Shown: positions 52,993 through 64,000 of the stretch, one piece after another
Layout: every line of letters begins with the position of its first letter
Numbering within the stretch: position 1 is the first letter of the stretch
NCBI GenBank assembly: GCA_951406725.2
Contig: OX597837.1
Coordinates: 18,228,001-18,292,000 of the forward strand
Origin: Octopus vulgaris
Taxonomy: Eukaryota
Length of the DNA stretch: 64,000 nt
Reading direction: 5' to 3'
Notes under the pieces: generated by a model
The model's database searches: none
What the model was told of the DNA's origin: nothing
What the model saw: the letters and a program-made list of their open reading frames with translations, nothing else
Position numbers and translations under genes: made by a program

Positions 52993-54094
52993 AATTCCTA
53001 TTAGAAAATAAAACATGTGATGGTGAATAAATATTACCAAAAACTTTTCAAATTTCCTGTTTTGTTATACAATAAAAGCATCATTCAAGTGTGACCGATG
53101 CCAGTGCTACTTGACTGGCACATAAAAAGCACCATTCAAGCATGGCCGATGCCAGTGTTGCCTGACTGGCACCTGTGCCAGTGACATGTAAAAAGCACCC
53201 ACTACACTCTCAGAGTGATTGGCATTAGGAAGGGCATCCAGCAGTAGAAACCATGCCAAATCAGATTGGAACCTTGTACAGCCTCCCAGCTTGCCAGTCC
53301 TATGTTAAACCGTCCAACCTATGCCAGCTTGGAAAGTGGACATTAAACAACAATGATGATGATGTATAACTCCACAAATAATATTTCCATAATTCTCAAT
53401 TTTAACATGTATTTCGGACTAACATGCAGCAGCAACTGAGACTATGTATTGGATTTTAATAATATGTGCTTCAAGAGGAAATGACTGGGATTTATCCTAA
53501 CTACCTACATAATATACATACATGTATACACACACACATCATTGCATACAGACTGCAGTGGAGGACTTGACATCTTTTTATAGTTTGGATTTGTTTATGG
53601 TACAGTATAACTTTGGTTAGCTCCTGAATGGTCTTAGACGTGTGATATACATACGTGCAAATACACAAACAAATAGAGATGGCAAAGGCTAAATGGATCT
53701 GTAATAGGGACCGAAAATGAAATCAAACTCAAGAAGTCAACTGGTTCTCTTTCTCTCTCCTTCGCTCGCTCCTTCCTTGCTTTACTATGTTCCAATAAAT
53801 ATCACATTTTTAGATAAACATTCGGTTGGTATCACACCTTCAGAAACTCATTTTTATATTATACTTTCACACAGAAGCATTTGATGTCGTGGCTTCACAG
53901 AGAAGTATTTCATATCATACTTTCATGACTGACATTTATAAGCAAATATGTTTGATTTAAAGAGTTACTCACGCACACACACATAAAATCATTTATTCAT
54001 TTAACAGTTTTCAAAGCCCTTACAAGCATCGGTTTGGATAGATTTATGAGGCAAAATTTTATGGCTAGATGCTTTTCCTGTCACCAAGGAATAT

Positions 54095-54940
54095 CAACAT
54101 GAAGACTGCCGTGCTCTAACAATTATAAATGTAAAAGATATAAACAAGATATATTTTTCAAGAGTCCTCTTTACTGACGAATGCTGTGCTACTCTAGACT
54201 GACCAGATGAGGGGAGTAAAAGATGGGTTGCAATTTGCAAAATCATCCTCATCTTTTGAGATGCCAACAAAGAGCAAGCAGTCATGATTTAGGCTGGCAT
54301 CATTCAAGACAAGTTGGTTGGTCCTTGGAAAGTTCCAGACGGAATTAAGATGACGTTTAATGCCTATGTTGCCTTTTTGGAGGACAATTTTAAGCCATGG
54401 TTGGAGAAGCAGAAAGTTTCATTAAAGAGAAAGCTGGTATTCATGCAAAATAATGCATCCTTCCATGCAGCTAAATAAATCTCAGGAATACCTACAGCAA
54501 TTGGGCTTCTGTGGACACCGTTTGATGAAGTGGCCAGCGTGTTCACCTGACTTAAACCCTATTGAAAATGAGCACCACTGGCTACTGCTACCCTTCAGAA
54601 AATCCTGCAGCTACTCTCCCAGTTTCCCGGTAATACCAAGAGAAAGATAAATCCAGATGGGCGGCAGTTTTCAGTGAAAGAAGCTATTGTGGATGCTGCT
54701 TGACAGTATTACATCAGATAAAATAGTTACCTTGACAAATTCAATGGATAAATGTGTCAGGGATGTTCTCTCATGTGTAGGTTCATACATCTATCATTAA
54801 GGACTTTATGACGTATTTCTTGTATTATTTCCATTCAAACATTATTATGTTCATTATAAAATCCGTTATGATTATATTCTTAAAAATGTTTTTGCATAAT
54901 TAGCATTTTTATTAGAACTACCTAATAATTTAGGACTGTA
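54095..54940 (+). mobile_element. Degenerate Tc1-family transposase fragment (DD37E/TRT-like)
   Basis: VLFTDECCATLD*PD, FMQNNASFHAA and WPACSPDLNPIEN. About 37 residues lie between the second D position and E after one frameshift correction. Ends ...actgTA. Confidence 0.82.
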
Positions 54941-55035
54941 AAAATGATGTCTGTTAACAAAAATGACCATTCTTTCTTTGCGTATGGGTGGATCTTTTAT
55001 CGTTTACTGGTTTCAGCCCAGGGCTGAGGTCATGC

Positions 55036-56860
55036 TGATGCACCACCTGGTGTTGTTTCCTGTATTGTTTTTGGTGAAGTAATGAGTTGGACAGATGTAG
55101 GTTCGTCTGGTATCTCAGATAGCAACCTGTCCAGACGTTCCTTGAAAACCTCCACATCAACACCATGTAGATCTCTAAGGTTGCCTGGAAGGATGTTGAA
55201 CAATTGCAGGCCCTTGAAACCCAGACTATTGCAGTAGTGTCCTTATTTTAGATAGGGGTAGACGGGATCTTTGGTATGATGCAGTGCTGTCAATTCCAAA
55301 ATTAGGAGCTAAACTCCCAGATCTTCAAAATATATATCACCACATATCTTTCTCGTCTTCTCTCCAGGGAATAGAGACTTAGCTCTTTTAGCCTCTCCCT
55401 GTAGTCCATCTTTTACATTGAGTCAATCTTTGTGTATTGGCACTGGATTGCTTCGAGTACCACAATTTGTTTCACACTCTCTGGGGACTACAATTGGGAG
55501 AAGTAGTCCAAGCAGCTGAGAACAAAAGTCTTCCATAGGAGTAGCAGGGCCTTCCTTTTCCTTGTTCTGAATGTCTTCAGAATCCAGCCAGCCAGCCACT
55601 CGCCTGCACAGTGTTGCCATCTTGGTAATATGCACATGGAATGTTGCATCATTGTTCATGTGAACCTCTAGGTCATGTACTGATTCTGACTCTGGGATCA
55701 TATTGTTTGAGAGGGCCACCACAAATAGTAGTGGCCCCAGTACAGTTCCCTGTGGGACTCTGCTGAGAATTGGCTACAACTGTCTGACTCCTGCCCTTCA
55801 GAGTGAGAACCACTGGCTACTGCTACCCTTCAGAAAATCCTGCAGCCACTCTCCCAGTTTCCCGGTAATACCAAGGTTTTGCAGCTTATGATATGATCAA
55901 CCTTGTTGAAAGCCTTGGCAAAGTCGAGGTACATCACATCTACGACTCACTAGTTTAGCTGTTGCTCCAGTACCCAGTCAAAGTGCTGCAGCAACTGAGT
56001 GAGGCAGCTCCTCCCTGGACAGAAGCCATGTTGCATGTTTGTGAGGAAGTTGTTTTCTTCTAAGGATGGGATCAGCCTTTTTCTGACAATGCATTCCATT
56101 ACCTTGCTAACATGTGAAGTCAGAGAGATGGGCCCATAGTTTTTAACATCTGCTCTTCTCTCTCCTTTATGTATAGGGCATATTATACCCTCTTTTAGCA
56201 TGTTGGGAAGTTTACCACATGCAAGGAAAGAGTATCTGCAGTGGCTTTACAAGAGCCTTTTTGCATGTCTTTAAGAGAACAGCCAGGAGTCCATCTGGGC
56301 CTGTTGCTGAGTTTGATCTCATCTCATCTCATCTCATCAGTGGCTGATATTACATCCTCTTCTGTTATGTTGATGTAATTGATGGTTGCCTCTTTTCCAA
56401 ACAGATTTGTTATATTGAAAAACTCCTTCGGCTTGTTTGCATATTTTCCAGTGGAGAAGTGAAAACACTTCGGAATTGTTTTAGTGCTTCACTTATCTTT
56501 CCCCGAGTCTGCGGTTAGTGAGCCGTTTTTACCAAATAGTGGCCCTATCTAATAGTGTACTGAGGCAGACATTTCTTTTGTGGAACTTGCTGATAGACTG
56601 CTTTGATTTTGATTTTAATTTTAGAACCATTTTCACTTGGCTTTTGTCTGGTTTCTTCTTTTTCTACTTCTTCATTGCTGCTTTTTGGAGGTGTTGGGAC
56701 TGTGGTTGTTCGCATTTTTCTCATTTCCTTCCTTTTTGAGATTTATTTTGGTACAGTACATGCAGGTGGGTTTTATCATGCAGCTGGAAAAGAAAAAAGG
56801 ATTCGAATAAATAAATACTCTGTTGTTGCAAAAACACTGAGCTGCCTATTAATTTGACAC
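55036..56860 (-). mobile_element. Degenerate CR1/L2-like LINE (RT and 3' region; endonuclease deleted)
   Basis: Minus-strand PIHKG...NYGPISLTSHVSKVME, QHGFCPGRSCLTQL, YLDFAKAFNKV and VPQGTVLGPLLF; same family as the element at 61595-64000. Confidence 0.88.
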
Positions 56861-57309
56861 ACACTGTGTATATGTGTGCATGTATGTATGTATGTATATA
56901 TATATATATATATATATCAATATATTACATATTTTTCCGTATGAATTTATATTCACCCTATAATAGGTGATTTTTTCGCAGATATCTCATGTCGTTTCCT
57001 CATATGTTATTTATGATTTTTTTAAATCAACAAATAGGTATCAAAGTGTGTAAAGAAATAATCAATATCAGACTTAATTTCCTAAGCAAAGTCTAATAAA
57101 TTTCAACAAAATGAAACGCAAGTTGGATGTGAAAATGGATTGTGCTTTTATTTCATATTCTCAGACGATTGTTTTGGAGAAAAGGACCAAAATTTCCATA
57201 AAGAGAACATCATTAAGGTCAAATTTGTACTTTACAGTAGGTGAGATTTGAAGTAAAATGAAAATGAAAATAATACATCTAAAATAAACATAGAATATAT
57301 ATATACAGG

Positions 57310-57565
57310 TGTAGGAATGGCTGTGTTAAGTAGCTTGCTTACCAACCACATGGTTCCAGGTTCAGTCCCACTGCGTGGCACCTTGGGCATGTGTCTTCTA
57401 CTAAAGCCTCAGGCCAACCAAAAGCCTTGTGAGTGGATTTGGTAGACAAACTAAAAGAAGCCCATCATATGTATGTGTATATATATATATGTTAGTCTAC
57501 GTGTCTTTGTCCCCCCAACATCGCTTGACAACCAATGGTGGTGTGTTTATGTCCCCCGTGAATTA
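57310..57565 (+). mobile_element. tRNA-derived SINE
   Basis: Same family as the 13205 and 52060 copies. Confidence 0.78.
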
Positions 57566-57585
57566 TCGGTTAGGCAATAGACCAA

Positions 57586-60770
<3,185 letters not shown>

Positions 60771-60837
60771 CGTTTAAATATTTGTTGTGCAAGATTTTTT
60801 ATGTGAAGTCGTGTGTTGAAACAGATATTGTTATATT

Positions 60838-61242
60838 TCGGAATGGTCATATTGCCAGTTTAGCCAATAAAAACACACGCACTATATATTTGGTGTTATT
60901 TTGCTTCAGTGATATTTATTTTTTACATTAATCTTAATCTTATTTCGGCCAAAAGTTCTTTCGTCACACTCCTGTGACCGCATCAGTGGTCCTTTGTTTT
61001 CTTCTCACTTACTTGTGAAATACATATAGAAATACAAAATGGCTGACGGTTAGTAAGGAGAGACACAAGTAAGTGAGAAGAAAACAAAGGACCACTGATG
61101 CGGTCACAGGAGTGTGACGAAAGAACTTTGGCCGAAATAAGATTAAGATTAATGTAAAAAATAAATATCACTGAAGCAAAATAACACCAAATATATAGTG
61201 CGTGTGTTTTTATTGGCTAAACTGGCAATATGACCATTCCGA
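60838..61242. repeat. Near-perfect inverted duplication (about 180-bp arms, 46-nt spacer) abutting the gap
   Basis: 60838-61017 is the reverse complement of 61064-61242 with one 1-nt indel seen. Confidence 0.9.
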
Positions 61243-61342
61243 NNNNNNNNNNNNNNNNNNNNNNNNNNNNNNNNNNNNNNNNNNNNNNNNNNNNNNNNNN
61301 NNNNNNNNNNNNNNNNNNNNNNNNNNNNNNNNNNNNNNNNNN
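61243..61342. other. Assembly gap (100 N)
   Basis: Run of n. Confidence 0.99.
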
Positions 61343-61595
61343 TACATAGATATAGATATATATATACATAGATATAGATATATATATACATAGATATAGA
61401 TATATATAGACATAGATATATATGTATATATATACATAGATATAGATATATATATACATAGATATAGATATATATAGACATAGATATATATGTATATATA
61501 TACATAGATATAGATATATATATACATAGATATAGATATATATAGACATAGATATATATGTATATATATACATAGATATAGATATATATATATAC
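61343..61595. repeat. (TAGATA/TACA)-type minisatellite
   Basis: Tandem catagatatagatatatata units. Confidence 0.9.
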
Positions 61596-64000
61596 ATGGA
61601 GATGAAAGAGCCAAAAAAGAAGGAAAAGGAGGAAAAACTAAAAGAAAAATAAAAAATGAAAGAGCCAAAGAAGGAAAAACTAAAACTCAAACAAAACCAA
61701 AATATGAAACAGCCAAGGATAGAAGCAAACCTGACTATCCATGTACCAAAAAGGATAGAAAGAGACAGTGCACACGAATATGTAAATTCTACCTGAAAGG
61801 TGTCTGCTGGCATGGAGAGGAAGATGCAGGCTGCCGTTATGCACACCAAAGACCCTGCCACATAAACATGAAACAGGGCAGAAACCAACTACCAAAAGGA
61901 AAAGGAATGGACCACGCACCACCTGCCCCAAAACGGAGGTACACAGGTGTCGTGCTACAAACCGCCAACATGTTATTGAAAGGGCAGCTGCTGAACAAGA
62001 ATCTTTTTTGTGCAGGGCACAAAAGATTGTACAGCAGCTAACCTGGCTCCATCAAACTCAAACTCACAGATGGGACTATCCACAATACACAAGACCGCCA
62101 CAACAAATAGACCCAAGGTGGACACCACCAGCATACACATCACCTCGATGCTCCTACTGAACATCAGAGGACTGCTAACACTCAGTAACAGGACAAAAAT
62201 CCCTTTCTTGAGAGACCTTGTTGCATGCAATCAACCCTTATGCATAGCACTTACGGAGACACACCTGAAACCGGACATAGCAGATGTGGAAATACACATA
62301 CCACAGTATGTTGTACTACGGACCGACAGAAAAGAAAGGAGTCATGGAGGAGTTGCTATGTACATCCGCGAGAACCTTACACCTCAGGTCCTTTTGTCAT
62401 ACTCAAATTCAGTGTGTGACACCCTAATTGTACATATAAGGCAACTTGGTGTAGTTATATGTGCTACATATCGCCCTCCAGATGCCCCAAGCCATGTAGG
62501 CAAGTTTGAAGACTGCCTTATAAAAATAGAAGTTCTAGTCACATTAGAACAACATATAAGTGTACTTTTTATGGGAGACTTCAATCTACCCAATGTCAGA
62601 TGGCCCGAGGGCCTTTCTCTCCCAGTAATGACTCGATGCGAACGAGGACAGGCGAGGTCCCTCCTGAACCTCATCAACACTCTGTACATGGAGCAAGTAA
62701 TACTCCAACCAACCAGAGCAGGTAACATACTGGATCTCTGCTTCACAAATAATATGGATCTCATCCATAATGTGAAAGTGACACTGACATTACTCTCGGA
62801 TCACAACATGGTAGAGCTGACCATGTATGGGCCAAAGGAAAGCATGGACATGCAGCCTACAAGAAACTCTCTGAATCTTTCCAGCTTGAACTTCCATAAG
62901 GCAAACTGGAAACAAATTGAGAAAGAGATCCTCAAACAAAACTGGCCTAAATGTCTCTCCTCGCCAGACATCGACGTGAAACTTCAACAATTCATGTCTG
63001 TAATGCAAGCTATATGCTACAAATGTGTCCCAGAGAGAAAGGCCACTGTACACAAGAACAAAATCCCCAGAGAGAGGAAAATTCTAATGAGACGGCATAC
63101 AAAAGTTTCAAATTGAAAGCAGTGAAAATAAAACTGTTGGAAATTGAAAAATGTCTGCAACTCTCCCATGAAAAAGAAAGAGCAGACAAAGAAGCCTGGG
63201 CTATAGACAACATAAAATCTAACCCCAGAGCTTTCTACAGGTATGCCAAAGAAACAGCTACTGTGCACTGTAGGATAGGGCCGCTCCTTGAAAAGGATGG
63301 CACACTCACAGGAAATCCAATGAGGGTAAGTGAAATACTAAATGAGCAATTCAAGAGTATTTTCACTCCACCCCTAGGGCATTTTCAAGTCAGCAATCCA
63401 ACTGACTTCTTTACCACTGCAGATATAAAATCAGAGGCAGCGATGTAATAGAGGCTATAGATGAAATGAAAACAAACTCAGCTACTGGCCCCGATGGATT
63501 CCCAGCAATCCTTCTAAAAGTATGTAAGAGAGTCCTAGCAAGACCACTGCAGTTCCTCTTTCAGAGCTTCCTTGCAACTGGCAAACTTCCAAGAAAACTG
63601 AAGGAAGGTAAAATATGCCCTATTCATAAAAGAGGTAGCAGAGCGGAGGCCAAGAACTACAGACCTATCTCTCTGACCTCACACATCAGCAAGGTCATGG
63701 AAGAAAATGACTTGCTGCCTGACACCCAACATGGTTTCCGACCAGGAAGAAGCTGCTTAACTCAGCTCCTACAACACTATGACTGGGTGCTGAAACGACT
63801 GCTCAACCACTCAAATGTGGAAGTCATATATCTCGACTTTGCAAAGGCTTTTGATAAAGTCGATCATGGAATGATATGTCACAAACTGTGTGATTTTGGC
63901 ATAGTTGGAAAATTGGGAAAATGGCTTCATGACTTTCTGAAGGATAGAAGTCAGGTGGTAGTAGCCAATGGGGCCACTTCCATTAACACGCAAATAGTGA
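61595..64000 (+). mobile_element. CR1/L2-like LINE: ORF1 remnant, APE endonuclease and start of RT (frameshifted, runs off window)
   Basis: ORF 62010..63116 has NIRGL, LTETHL, GGVAMY, YRPP, GDFN, PTR.GNILDL and SDH. Downstream are GPDG, NYRPISLTS, QHGFRPGRSC and YLDFAKAFDKVDH. Confidence 0.92.

Noticed and set aside
61149-61888. ORFs spanning the N run
   Set aside because: They translate through an assembly gap and a minisatellite.

Overview
AT-rich eukaryotic genomic DNA, most likely a coleoid cephalopod (Octopus-like). That assignment is inferred from the tRNA-derived SINE families, (TA)n tracts and intron sizes. The window holds the middle of one + strand gene, a p160/SRC nuclear receptor coactivator (NCOA / insect taiman homologue). 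Ten GT-AG exons (473-51591, 3668 nt, about 1220 codons) join in phase. They encode the end of PAS-A, all of PAS-B, five LxxLL boxes, a CBP/p300-binding-like segment and a P/Q-rich region. The start and stop codons lie outside the exons found. The introns carry degenerate RTE and CR1/L2-like LINEs, Helitrons, mariner and Tc1 (DD37E-like) remnants, palindromic MITEs, SINEs, a 3.2-kb TA/TATG microsatellite and an assembly gap. The best leads are: (1) a CpG-retaining, E-box/NRF1-motif region inside the 22-kb intron that splits PAS-B, a candidate internal promoter for a bHLH-PAS-less isoform, with two candidate first exons; (2) an LxxLL box split by an intron and completed by a frame-preserving 129-nt exon; (3) several long fold-back structures in the pre-mRNA; (4) a 72-bp locally templated insertion. 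All regulatory interpretations are hypotheses. No clearly new system is demonstrated by the sequence alone.
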